Below are positions 49,610 through 60,879 of a DNA stretch of 64,000 bases, one piece after another. Every line of letters starts with the position of its first letter. Positions within the stretch are counted from its first letter, which is position 1. The notes under the pieces were generated by a model that was not told the origin of the DNA, searched no databases, and saw nothing but the letters and a program-made list of their open reading frames with translations. The stretch covers positions 2,730,001-2,794,000 of the forward strand of contig NC_045698.1 of the NCBI RefSeq assembly GCF_009834535.1. The letters are read 5' to 3'. A program made the translations under genes and the position numbers. The stretch is from Camelus ferus (lineage: Eukaryota).

Positions 49610-49896
49610 CCTCTCCATGGAGGTCGGGAGACAGTGAGTCAGGGATGACCCACCACTTTGCATGGAGACTTGGTGAGGGCGGGTCTGTGCTGGAGAGGAG
49701 ACTGGAGGTGCAGGTGCAAAGGGACTGGGAAAGTGTGAGCTCCCCCAGCCCATCTCTGGCCCCCAGACATTCCAGGAGGCCTTGAGGCATGCCTGCTTTT
49801 TCCTACCCACTCCTGGCTTCGAACCTTCACTCTAGGTTGCTCTCTGAAGCTCCTCTTTTACAGAAGAACCCCTCTTTTTTCCCATCCCCACCCCAT
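49610..49896 (+). repeat. Copy 1 of a diverged ~280-bp local direct repeat
   Basis: Aligns by eye with 53278-53561, e.g. shared TTGGTGAGGGCGGGTCTGTGCTGGAG, CTGGAGGTGCAGGTGCAAAGGGACT and TACCCACTCCTGGCTTC. Confidence 0.92.
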
Positions 49897-50529
49897 GCCG
49901 GGGACCAGTTTGGGGATGGTTGCCAGGAGAGGGGCAAGTGTAGAAGCTGGGAACTCAGTCAGGAGTCCACGCCGAGTCTTGGTGGGAAATGGTGGCACCT
50001 GGAAACATATAATGACTCCATATGGGGACTAATACCCTTGAGGTGGTGCTTGGTCTCAGAGAAGAGGCCAAACCAGCAGAACTCAAAAAGGAGTAGACGG
50101 GGGGTAGGAGGAAAGTCAGGAGAGCGAGGCGTCTGAGAAGTCAGAGCAGACGGACGCCTGCTGAGGAAGAGGCTGGTCGGCAGTTCCGGTGCTCGGCAGA
50201 GGGCGGGCAGGGCGTGGGCAGGGCAGTGTCCTCCGCCAGCCCCGGCAGCGGGGCCCGGACGAGGCCGGTGAGGCTGGAGTCTGACTGGAGCGTGCCAGGG
50301 ACAGGGGAGCGGCGGCGGATGAGATGTGCTGAGAAGCTGGTCGGTGGCTGACAGGAGACGACACAGGCACACGCTTCCCTGAGCGACAGCACTGACGCGC
50401 CTGCGTGGGTGAATTAGGGTTGTCTGGAAAACGCAGAGGGTTCAGTGGCGCCAGGGAAGGTAAGATCTCCAAAAATAGCTCGAGTGACTGGTCTTGGATG
50501 CTAGAGACTTACTGTGTCATGCATGGATT

Positions 50530-51760
50530 TTTTTTTTAACATTTAGTAATTTTTTAGACGCTTAGAGTACATTTAGACGCATGGAAAAGCTGCAGGAATA
50601 CCGCAGCGAGCTCCCTGGACCTGGAGCCCAGGTGCCCTCGTGCTCAGTTCACCGCGGTGCACTTGTCCCAGGCAGCGAATAGCGCGGGCACCTTGTCACG
50701 CTGCGCTTGCGCTTCCTGAGCTTTCCCTGCTCTCCTTTCTCTGCTCCAGGGGCCCATCCAGAACAGCACGTTGTATGCAAAGGTGTCGCGCTTCTTGGGC
50801 TCCTCTTGGCCGTCTCTCAGACTTCACTTGGTTTTGCCGACCTTGGCGGTTTCGGGGGCTTCTGTTCAAGGGCTTCGCGGCGTGTCCCTCAGCGGGGACT
50901 TGTCTGCTGTTCTGTCGCGACTATCCATGATTGGGGTCGTGGGTTCTCGGGCGGAAGACCACCCAGGAAAAGTGTCGCTTTCATCACGCCGTATCAGGGG
51001 GAGGTCCTGTCAACACGGCTCGTCGCTGTTGGTACTGACTCTGAGTACAGGCTGAGGCCCTGCTTGTCAGGGTTCTCCTCGGTAGAGTTACTCCCCCGCC
51101 CTCCTTCCACACTGTGATTTCTGGAAATGCAACAGGGAAGAACAAATCTGACTCCACGTTAGATCTGTTCCTTGAGTTCTAACCCTGCGCTCCGTTTCCT
51201 GGGCTCAGACACGCTGGTTCTGCACCTTTCGTAGCAGGATGTTGCCTAGAGCCTGGAACACACAGGGCAGCCCACTCTCACGGCACTGACCTGAAAGGGT
51301 AGAACACTTTTCCATTCGTATAGAGATGAAAAGTTGCAGAACAGAAAGTAACATTTGTCATGTTGGAGGTTTACAGGAACATCATGACCTGACTCACGTA
51401 GACGGCTGCGAGAACAAAGGATTCCAACACCAAGAAGTTTGCACCAACCAACCACACCCTCTCCCCTTTTAGTATAAAAGGAGCCTGAGTTTTTACTTGG
51501 GAAATGTAGTTCTCTAGGACATGAGTCCTCCATCTTCGCTGTCTGCTGGCTTTCTGAATAAAGTCATTATTCCTTCCCCAGTGCCTCCCGATTTATTGCC
51601 TGTTGTGCAGTGAACAGAATGAGTCTGGACTCGGTAACAGAAGGAAGTCAGGATGCAGAGCTCACTGTGAAGAAGAGGGAGTTATACTCCAAACTTCCAG
51701 GGGCAGAACATCTACACAAGAAAGTATCTGAAATTCCTCTATGCAGGAGACTTTTCTATT
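50530..51760 (-). mobile_element. L1MC/MD-like 3' UTR, strongly GC-shifted, interrupted by a solo LTR
   Basis: GGAAAAGCTGCAGGAATA..., CTGCTCCAGGGGCCCATCCAGAACAGCACGTTG and TTTCATCACGCCGTATCAGGGG follow the recalled L1MC 3' consensus order. Resumes after the LTR at 51640-51760. Confidence 0.75.
51128..51639 (+). mobile_element. Full-length ERV1 solo LTR (MER41-like), 512 bp
   Basis: TG...CA termini (TGCAACAGGGAAGAACAAATCTGACTCC...CTCGGTAACA), 4-bp target duplication GAAA/GAAG, TATAAAA at 51473-51479 and AATAAA at 51557-51562. Confidence 0.88.
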
Positions 51761-53217
51761 TTTTGATGGGAGAGAATTTTATGAGAAAAGAAAGCAAGTT
51801 AAAGGACATCATAGTGCATAGTCTGCCTTTTCGTTACGGGCCAGCTCACCAGCAGCACCAAGGAGGGCTATGAGGTGGGGATGGACTTGGGTGCTGGAGA
51901 GGATGTGAAACAGGCAATATCCCCTCGACTAGAGATTAAGCTTTCTAAAAAGGTTAAGTTTTCTAAAATGTCTTAAGTAATATCAAGGTTATAATTATGT
52001 CTCCAGGAACCAAAATACATTCAGATAAGTTAAAAAAAAAATAGCGTATTTGCATATGTTGTAACAAAAGAAACCACTCCCCATTATTCTTCCTGAAAGA
52101 TGAGATGGGCAACGTCTAATCTTCCATAGCTGTGCGTTTCACAAACTAGAACGGTTCTACGATAGAACTGAGTGAAAAGGATCATTTGTTACAATCAATT
52201 TTTCTTAAGATGAGTTCTCCCTTTGTCTGGGGTGTGACATATCAAAGAGAATTTAGTCAAAATCTCAGAGTTTGTGTTTCATATATAACATATTTGTATG
52301 TGCACCCAGAATCTCCCGTATGGTCACTAAATCTCCCTTCAGCTGTATTTGTATTATTGGTGATAACAACCCGTCTTCAGAAGAACAGGAAGATCACCCC
52401 ATGGTTCCGCTTTGTCTCGGTTTTTCAGACTGGTTGGATCTAGCACTTTTTCCTCGGGAATTGATAATTCGGTCTTTTTTTTTCAAAGTTGACTTGAGTG
52501 CAGGAATCAGTGACGTTTCAAAAGTCTCATGAATCTCCTTAGTTTACCCTCCCTTGGGATCCCATGGGGAACGGCTGGGCTCAGGGTGCAATGGATCTCT
52601 TGTTGCCGTGGACACGTGTCTTGTTCCACGAGTCACTGAAGTGTCTGCCCACCTGACCCTGCAACAGAGATAAAGAACTAGGACCCCTTCCCAGCGTAAG
52701 GGTGGCTTCTCTCATGTTAACAACTGTCCCATTCAACACTGCTCTCTGCAGTTATGGGCAACGCCAGTCCCTCTCTGGGGCCGAGTGTCACCATCAAATC
52801 TGCCATCAGCGCGTTTGGAGCTCTGGGCCTTCCCGAGCACTACCCTTCCGAGCCTGGACTCACCGGGGGCTGCTTCTCATGTAGCTGGAGGGGAGAGGGT
52901 GGGGACAGTATGGCACTAGGGGTCTCTCTCCGCTCTCCACTGGGACGTTTGGAATAGCATCGTGACTTGGAGGCAGTGAAGGCTCCCCTTCAGGAGTTAG
53001 AAATGCTAGGTGTGGGGGCAGCCGCGCAGAGGCTGGACACCAGGTAATTCTTACATAATCTGGAAGCTTGAGACACTATGCTTGTCTCAAGTCTGAAAAC
53101 TGGTTCTTAGGCTCTGATGGAATGAATGCCCCGGGCGTTCGCTAGGTAATGAAAGGAAGTCAGACCCCTGTGGGCTCACCTCCTCTGCTCTGTGACGGTG
53201 AACAAAGCCCCAGTACG

Positions 53218-53271
53218 TCTGCACCCAGCATCCTCCCTCTTGGCTCTGCACCCAGCATCCTCCCTCTTGGC
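53218..53271 (+). repeat. Perfect 27-bp tandem duplication
   Basis: TCTGCACCCAGCATCCTCCCTCTTGGC x2. Confidence 0.95.
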
Positions 53272-53277
53272 GCCCAG

Positions 53278-53561
53278 CCTCTCCATGGAGACAGTGAGTC
53301 AGAGTTTGTCCGCTACTTTGCTTGGAGGCCTTGGTGAGGGCGGGTCTGTGCTGGAGGGGAGCCTGGAGGTGCAGGTGCAAAGGGACTAGGAAAGCTGGAA
53401 GGGGTGAGCTCCCCCAGCCCACCTCTGGCCCCCAGACATTCCCGGAGGCCTTGAAGTCATGCCTGCTTCTTCTTACCCACTCCTGGCTTCAAACCTTCAT
53501 TCTAGATCATTCTTTGGAGTTCACGTTTTACAGAAGAACCGCTTCCTCGCCCCAACCCCAT
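53278..53561 (+). repeat. Copy 2 of the diverged ~280-bp local direct repeat
   Basis: Homologous to 49610-49896. The ORF track shows matching peptides (PLHLHLQ.PLQHRPALTK) in both copies. Confidence 0.92.
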
Positions 53562-54169
53562 CCCAAAGACTTCACAGGTGATCGTCTGATTTTAAAAGCC
53601 AGACGAGGTGGCAATGTTCATCTGTGGGATTCCCTCCACCCCCATTTCATGTGAATTTCCCCTTCTGTCACAGCACAGCTGGGAGAGGCGGGCAAGCCAG
53701 GAGTTTTGTCCAGAACAGTTTTCATATTTAGATCTTGAACTTCTCAGCCAACGGATTGTCTGTGTGTTACTCCTCAGTCCTTACGTTACACCATCTCACT
53801 TTTTAAAAACACTCACAGAGAGAGGTTTATTTGGGGGAGAGCAAGAACAGCAACTGAGAAACCTTCAAAAATAAAAGCAAACCATCCAAGAAGTAAAAGA
53901 GAAGGCAGAGCAAAGAGACCTTGAAAAGCGCATGGCTGGGAAGACAGCTCGTGGACACGGACACGCCCACACTGCCCTGAGGTTTGGGAGAGGATTTAGA
54001 ATAAAAGTAACTTCACGTTTCCTGCTGAATGGATTTATTCTGCTTTTCTCTCCCAGTGTTTTATCTCTGGAATCTTAAAGTCCCAGGGGTGCTCTTCTCC
54101 TAGGAATCCTCACTCATCACCTGAAGGGGGGCGGACTAGAGGCTGGCCCAGCGGCAGCCACCAGTTGCC

Positions 54170-54600
54170 CCTGCAAGCCAGCTAATTAGGCGATTAAGTC
54201 ATCAGGGAGAGGCACGCCTCTGAAGGCTTCAGCTCAGCCACTCCAGGAGGATAAAGAGGGAACCCGGCTTTCTTCCCACTGGCCTCCCTGTAACCTGAAA
54301 CGGCGATTAATCCGTTTAACTCAGCCCGACTTTTTGTTGTTGTTGTTGTTTCTTTTGGGTAGAAAATGAGAAACCAAATCCGGGAAGCTTTTCAGGAATA
54401 GCCTTTGAACAAAGTGGACTAATAACAAATGCCTCTTTTTCCGGGTACCTTGTGAAGAACCCGACTTCAATAGCCAAAGGCCAGAGGGACTTCGTGAGCG
54501 GCCCAGGGCCGAAGCACAATGGAGACTTGGATTTAGGGATTTGCCTGTTAGATCCTTAGCCCGATTAGTAATCCGATGCCTTTTGATGCGGGACTTCTCA
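54170..54600. promoter_or_regulatory. Putative developmental enhancer (K50 homeodomain / SOX / TCF motif cluster)
   Basis: CTAATTAG at 54182, GGCGATTAA twice (54189, 54302), TAATCC at 54308 and 54569, AACAAAG at 54408, ACAATGG at 54516 and CTTTGAA at 54403. Confidence 0.5.
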
Positions 54601-55719
54601 GGCACACCTTTTGTCTTTGCTAAATGAAAGGATGGCATTTTGTGTTGTGTCTTCTCCCAGGTGACTCTCTGGGGCTCCACAGAGGTAGCGCGAAGCCCTG
54701 GCACAAAGAGGTGCTTCCTGCTCTTCCTCCCTCCTGGCACAGCAAACCCAGCTGTCTGCCTCTTCATCTTTGGGACGGATCCTCCGTCAGAAAGAAGAGG
54801 AGGCGGAGGGGGAGGAAGAGGAGGCGGGGAGAAAGGAAAATGTGGGTTTTTTAAAGAAGAACATTATATTATGAAAATGAAAACAGCAAATATGACAATA
54901 AACCAAGCTGAGTTTGAAAGTTCATTGGTCTTAACAAGCTGGTAACGACCAGCACGTAAATATTTATGAATCCCCGATATCCTCAACAGTGAGGTGACAC
55001 GTCGCAGAGCATGCGAGTGACTGTTGAAGAGACGTCTCGCCCCTCTCAGGCAGAGGGACCTTCAGGGCTGAGACCCCATCAGCGAGCCCTCCTGCACCGT
55101 CCTCCTCGCGGGCCCCACGGGCTGATGGTGCATTTGCTACCTAAGTAAGTGCCAAGATGAAAAGGTGTCGAGGCTTCTCTAAAGCCCGACCTCTGTTCAG
55201 ATGGACGTGATGCTCATCGGGTGCCCTTTGTCCTGCACTTTGCAGCTGATGGGGGACAAGGGTCAAAGGCTGATCATGGGGCCAGAAGGAACAAAAGATG
55301 GGGTGGGGAAGACAGCCCACTGGGCACCAGCCCAGAGATGCCCATGTGAAACACTCCCCTCACCCCCCCAACACAGACCACAGACATAAATTCAGAAACA
55401 AAAGCATGATCTTGGGTCAGAAGTTGTGTCTTTGTTCATTACTGTTCAGGTTAACGCTGTTTCCATGTTTAAACACGACCGCCTGCCTCTCTCCTGGGCT
55501 GGCAGCATCATGGGATTCACACGCTCAGTGCTGGCATGTGATGATGCCTCAGTGGCTTTAATAAGTGTGACATGTGGCACCGGGTGGTTTTCCAAAAGTG
55601 CGTTTTTACCCCACGTCCTCAGAAGCATCGTGTTTACACGAGTACTAGGAACGCAGTCCTCGGGCAAGTGCCAAGCCCACACAGTCCTCTCAGACCCGCC
55701 AGGTCAGGTCCCCCACGTA

Positions 55720-56480
55720 CAGCTTTTACCCTGGGGCCCCGCGGACACCTGGGCCACTTCCAAGGCCCGACCCGACCTCGCTGAGGAGCCAGCACCACCA
55801 GGTGCGGCCGCCAAGTGGCAACCGCAGCCGAGGTTGCCCTGTTGTCACTTCTTTTAGTCTAATATTTCATTTCTGCCTTTTGAAGCACGGAGCACCGAGC
55901 AGCTCGCTGAGGCAGAGGCGATCGCTGTCGCAGCTCGGCAGGAGGTGACTGAGGAAAGGAGCGCCGCTGCTTCCCGGAGAAGACTCTCCAGGAAACAAGG
56001 GCGGACCCCTGACAGCACGCCCCGCGGCCACATCTGCCCGCGCCCCCAGGGCGCCCCCAGGGCGGCCCGAGGACCTCGCTGGAAGGGCGCTCAGAGGGGC
56101 CGTTTCTCCTTTCTCAGCCTCCCCTTGCATTTTCTTATTTTTGTTTTTTCCCTCCTTTCCTTCCTATTGTTTTTTCCATTTTTCCCTCTTTTCTCCTTTA
56201 TTAATTAATTTGGTTTTATTACTTTATGATTTCCCCCTTTCTGCGCATGATCCTGTCCGACCGCACACGGCTGTCCCCGTCTCACTCACTCCGCCGAGTC
56301 GGCGCCCAGCCGCGTGCGCGGGGCCTGCGGGCGCTCGGGGGCTGTTGGCGGGAGGAGCGCCCCGCCCCGGTGCTGCGGTGGCGGCCGGCCGCTCACCCTC
56401 CCTCGGGGCGTTTTCTCCGTCCTTCGCCCTTGACCCCCCTTTCACCACCCCTGCATCTGTGCCGGGCCAGGGTGCCTGGT
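55720..56480. promoter_or_regulatory. CpG island, split by a pyrimidine/AT tract at about 56100-56240
   Basis: Very high GC and CpG density (e.g. GGCGCCCAGCCGCGTGCGCGGGGCCTGCGGGCGCTCGGGG). No repeat similarity seen. Confidence 0.75.
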
Positions 56481-59400
56481 GCTGGCCGTTGTCTGACAGT
56501 GAGATTTCAAGGGCTAGATGTAATTTCCTTAATACATTAAGGAATCCCCTAAGAGACGAATCCAACAAAAGCTACAGAGAACCTCTCATGACCCCGCCAG
56601 GAAGTAGGTCCTGGAGTTGAAAAGCACTGTTGCCACCTTGGGGTCCCAGTCGGAGCAGCCGTGGGGACAGAGCAGGCTAAGCCAGGCCCCCTCGGATGCA
56701 GGCTGCGCGGGAGATGGGGAGGCATCGGGGCTGGACCTGTTTAGGCAGGTGAAGTTCAGGTGTAATCGTTAGGGAGGTTTGGTGTGAGAGCTACAAAGAT
56801 TTCAACTGTGTGAATATGATGATAGGTGTTGAAAACCAAGAAGCATCAGTCACACAATTTCCTCCCACCTGACCCTCCCTTTCTTCAAAAGTGAGCTTAA
56901 AGGATGACAAACATCAGTTAAATAATATTACACCTTAAAAACATTCGACAGAGCACTGTTCAAAGAAACACGGACACAGAGGTCCACGCGGATGCTGTAC
57001 TCTGAATTGCATTAACATCCGTCCCCCTTTATAGGGTTTCATAAGGGAATCTCTCTAGATTCACCTCGGCCCCTCCTGTTTTTATATTAGTCCAAAAGAC
57101 AGAAGAACAGAGACTAATTAGTAAGGAGCGCTGTTATCCTCTTTTTTTTATTTCAATCAAAAGGGAATGAGGCCCTCCACTGCCCACAAGTGAAGTAACT
57201 ATCATGTTTCTCCCTTTTCCCTGATCACTGAATTGAAATCTGCATAAACTAATGTACCTTCTAGGCTGCCTTCAATGTTCAGATACGTGTCTATCTCAGT
57301 TACCTCTTGTTGAGAGTTTACAATTATGAGACAAGAAAGGCTTTTAAGATGCCTTAAAGGTACATCACACACACACCCAGACACATGTGCACACACACTC
57401 TACAGACGTGTTGAATGTTGAGCGCCTCCTCCACCCACTCTATGCACCTAGTGTGGTGTGTGAAGCCAACCCAGTAAAGCTGCTCCGTGTAAGTAATAGT
57501 CAGAGAAGCAGTGATGTTCCCAGGTCCTTTCCCTGCTCCTCTCAATAGGATGACTGCCTTCCCAGCAAATAGGTGGCCCTCCAAGGACCATGGGCGGGAT
57601 GCAGGCAGGTCTTCATGGAGAGTGCCTCTGACGTCCTCACTGGGTGGTGAGGAATCGCTTAAGATTGCACAGACATCCGTCTATATATGAATACAGACCC
57701 TTTGGCATCGAAACTCCAGCTGACATACTAGCCTACTTGCTGTCTGATCGTCAACATAATTCTGAATCACTTCTGGCCACTGGAAGTTATTTATCACACC
57801 ACAGGCTCAGGCTGATTTTCCTAACTCCACTGTCCATCCTGCCTCCCTGATCTTGTGATCTGGGGACAGGTTGAAATGTACCAGGGTTTGTCTATGTTTC
57901 GTACTAGCCGATGTCCCATGCTTAACTGAATGACTTGCCTAGGGAGAGAGTTTCTCTCGAAAGCCAGCTGAGAGATCTAGACAGAGAGAAGTTTGGTTTC
58001 GGGCTGGGGTCTTGCACAGCCACGAATTAGATGCAGTGCTTTGTAGCTGTGGATTTTCTGTTGTTTAATTAAGGAAACTGGCAGGTTTTCCTGTCTTTAG
58101 GTGCTTGACCTGCCTAATGGTTTTCCATGCATGAATAATTCCCTGGTATGGGGCCTAACTGTGCTGCAAATTTTGAAGTCAGTTGATGACAAGTTACCCT
58201 ATATCCTGGTGTTCTACCCAGTACAGAGACCATCCTGGAGACTTCAAGGATGGTTAAACTCACATTTGGCCGACCAGTGACCAAAGCCACTTCAATCCTT
58301 TAGCTCACTGCCTGAGGCCGGGCAAGTCTTTATTTTCTTTATTTATTTAAAAATTTTAGCCATTTTCTTTGGACAGGGATCCTAAAACATCTTGAATTTT
58401 AAAATGTTATATTGTGAAGAAGATGTAAAATTATTGGAAAATCAGTTTCCTTTGAGGCGCTCATTTGGATTCCTGAATTGTGTGTTGGTTGTTTGTCTTG
58501 GTAGATATTAATCACCTTAATGGTGCCTGCGTGACCTCCCCCCATCACAGTGTGTGACAATGACAGCCGTCTTTGGATGCCTTCTGCCAAACATTCAGGC
58601 ATCTATTTGCATCCATTCTTTTTGACCTCAGCTAAAACACACTTCCACTGTGTTGGTGACAAGGAGCACATTGTTCCTTTCATCTGCTGTTGGGGAACAT
58701 TTATGGGGTTGGTTTTGATGGAGTATTTTGTGCTGCAGACTTTGTTTGGGAGCTGGTACCTGGGTGTGCAGATGCAGGGATAGCTTTGTGGCTCCAGGGA
58801 GCACGCACGTTTTCACTGAATTAAATGTATGTTCTCGAAATGTGGAAAAAGTGAGATTGGTTGCTGTTTTCATTGGTGGAAGGCAAGTTCCATGACCCTC
58901 GGCTCTTCCACCAGCAGCCCAGGCGGTCTGTCCAGGTGAGCTTAGCCATCACACACCTTCCCCAGACAGGGGACTGAAGAGGTGCTGAGTGCTTACGAGC
59001 AGTGCATTTTCCAGAAAACTTTGCTTGTTGTTTCACTAAGAAATAAATACAGAACAGTTTGCCTTTTAAGTTTGTTTTATGCATTTGATTTGCCCTTGGA
59101 TGTTTAACAGTTATATATATACATATCATCTTATGTAGTTGTTCTAAACTACAAAGTACTGTTAACTCTGTTTTAGAAATTGCAGATTTTACTCAAAGTG
59201 GAAAGAAGGCATTTATATTTTCATTGTGGCTCTATTATGGTGATGTGGAAATGAGGAACTAATGTTGGATCTGTTGCTTCCATCCAGCAATAGCACCACT
59301 GTGCTGCAGCCCAAGTGTGCTTTCCGGATGAGCTGACTTTCCTGGTCAGTGTTACCAGGAGGGGGTCCTAGAGACCCAAAGCCAGGAAGCTAGGCTGACC

Positions 59401-59609
59401 CATTACTCCAACTGAACCCTAAGTTGGAAGGCTCTCACGAGTATTTGGAAAGTTGAATCTCTTTCTCTTCTTTTTAATTTTATTCTACTAAATATGAAGA
59501 TGATGCTGGAATATTGTTTTATTTTCACTTGAGAGTATGTCTAAAATTCCAAAAGTAATAAAATTGCACATTAAAACAGTCACAGTGTTTAGAATGATTA
59601 TACATAGAA

Positions 59610-59832
59610 CAGGGTTTAGCAAACTCTGTCCCTTGGGCCAAGTCCTGTCTGCAGCCTGTTTTGTAAATAAAGTTCTATTGAGACACAGTCAGGTCCATTC
59701 ACTTATGTATTTCCTGAGGCTTCTTTGTGCTTGGGTGATGGCAGAGTTGAGCAGTTGTGACAGACTGCACTCCCCGAAAAAATATAAAAAAATTGCACTC
59801 AAGCCCTTCACAAAAAAGCTTACTGACTCCTG
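59610..59832 (+). mobile_element. MER58A-like hAT-Charlie element
   Basis: CAGGGTTTAGCAAAC...GCCTGTTTTGTAAATAAAGTTCTATTG...GGCAGAGTTGAGCAGTTGTGACAGAC...TTACTGACTCCTG. Flanks ACATAGAA/CTTTAGAT resemble a decayed 8-bp hAT target duplication. Confidence 0.85.
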
Positions 59833-59899
59833 CTTTAGATTAGATCAGCTCTAACCTACTTATGCACAAATTACACAGTTTAGGTCTAGAGTTGTTAGC

Positions 59900-60350
59900 T
59901 AACCCCTTTCCCACCTTCCAGTACCTCAGATGATTTTTTTTTTACCATGGAGATGCACATAAATAAGATACAAGGTATAGATTCCTTTGTATCTGACTTC
60001 CCCTACTCAGTCTTATGTTTTGAGATTCATTCTTGATGTTGTGCATCACTAAACTGTTTCATTTTTTTTCCAAAACCAAAATTCCTTTTATTGAGATAAG
60101 ATTGACATATATTAGCTTCAGGTATATAACACAATGAATCGGTATTTGTATATATTGCAAAATGAGCGCCAGTCTCTTTAACATCTGTCACCATACACAT
60201 ATACTGGCTCATTGTAACTAGCATATGGAATTGTATGAATGAATGGATTTGTCTATTTATTTGTTCCACTGTTTGTGAACACTGCAGTTTGGGACATTAC
60301 AAATGATGCTGTTGAGGTCTTGAAGTGCACATATATACACATTTCTGCAG
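59900..60350 (-). mobile_element. Old L1ME fragment with a nested younger L1 3' tip (~60085-60203)
   Basis: CTGACTTCCCCTACTCAGTCTTATGTTTTGAGATTCATTCTTGATGTTG; nested TTTTATTGAGATAAGATTGACATAT...TTCAGGTATATAACACAATGA. Confidence 0.65.
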
Positions 60351-60357
60351 GGGATCG

Positions 60358-60879
60358 TATTAGTGAGCTATTACTGTGTAACAAAATACCCCAAATGTCT
60401 GCAACTCACAGTAAGAAGCCTGGTTTTCCCACAGTCTCGATGTGTCAGGAGCCTAGGATAGACTTCACTGGATGACTCCAGTTCAAGGTCCCTCAGGAGA
60501 ACACGGCAAAGCTCTTGAGTAGCCACCTGAGGCCATAGACCCATGTGAAGGTCTCCCTGGGAGGATCCCCTTTCAAGCTCAATCATGGCTGTTCACAGGC
60601 CTCAGGCCCTTGGCTGGAGACTTACACAGAGAGAGACACAGAGGGACAGACAGAGGTGAAAAGTGAGAGAGACAGAGACAGACAGATACAGAAACACCCA
60701 AGATGGAACTCATAGTCTTTTTAACTTTGGAAACAACACCCCATCACTTCTGGTGTAGTCTGTTTATTGGAAGTGAGTTCCTAAGTCCGCTCCACACTCA
60801 AGGGGGTGGAAATCAATGTCCACCTCTTAAAAAGAGGTGTGTCAAAAAAAAACTTGTTAAGGTGTTTTAAAACCACCAG
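60358..60879 (-). mobile_element. MLT1F/G-like LTR
   Basis: TATTAGTGAGCTATTACTGTGTAACAAAATACCCCAAA...CCATCACTTCTG...GAAGTGAGTTCCTAAGTCCGCTCCACACTCAAGGGG...TTTTAAAACCACCA. Confidence 0.8.

Noticed and set aside
49610..53561. Direct repeat pair as the two LTRs of a provirus
   Set aside because: No TG...CA termini, primer binding site or retroviral coding remnants; the interior holds L1 and an unrelated solo LTR.
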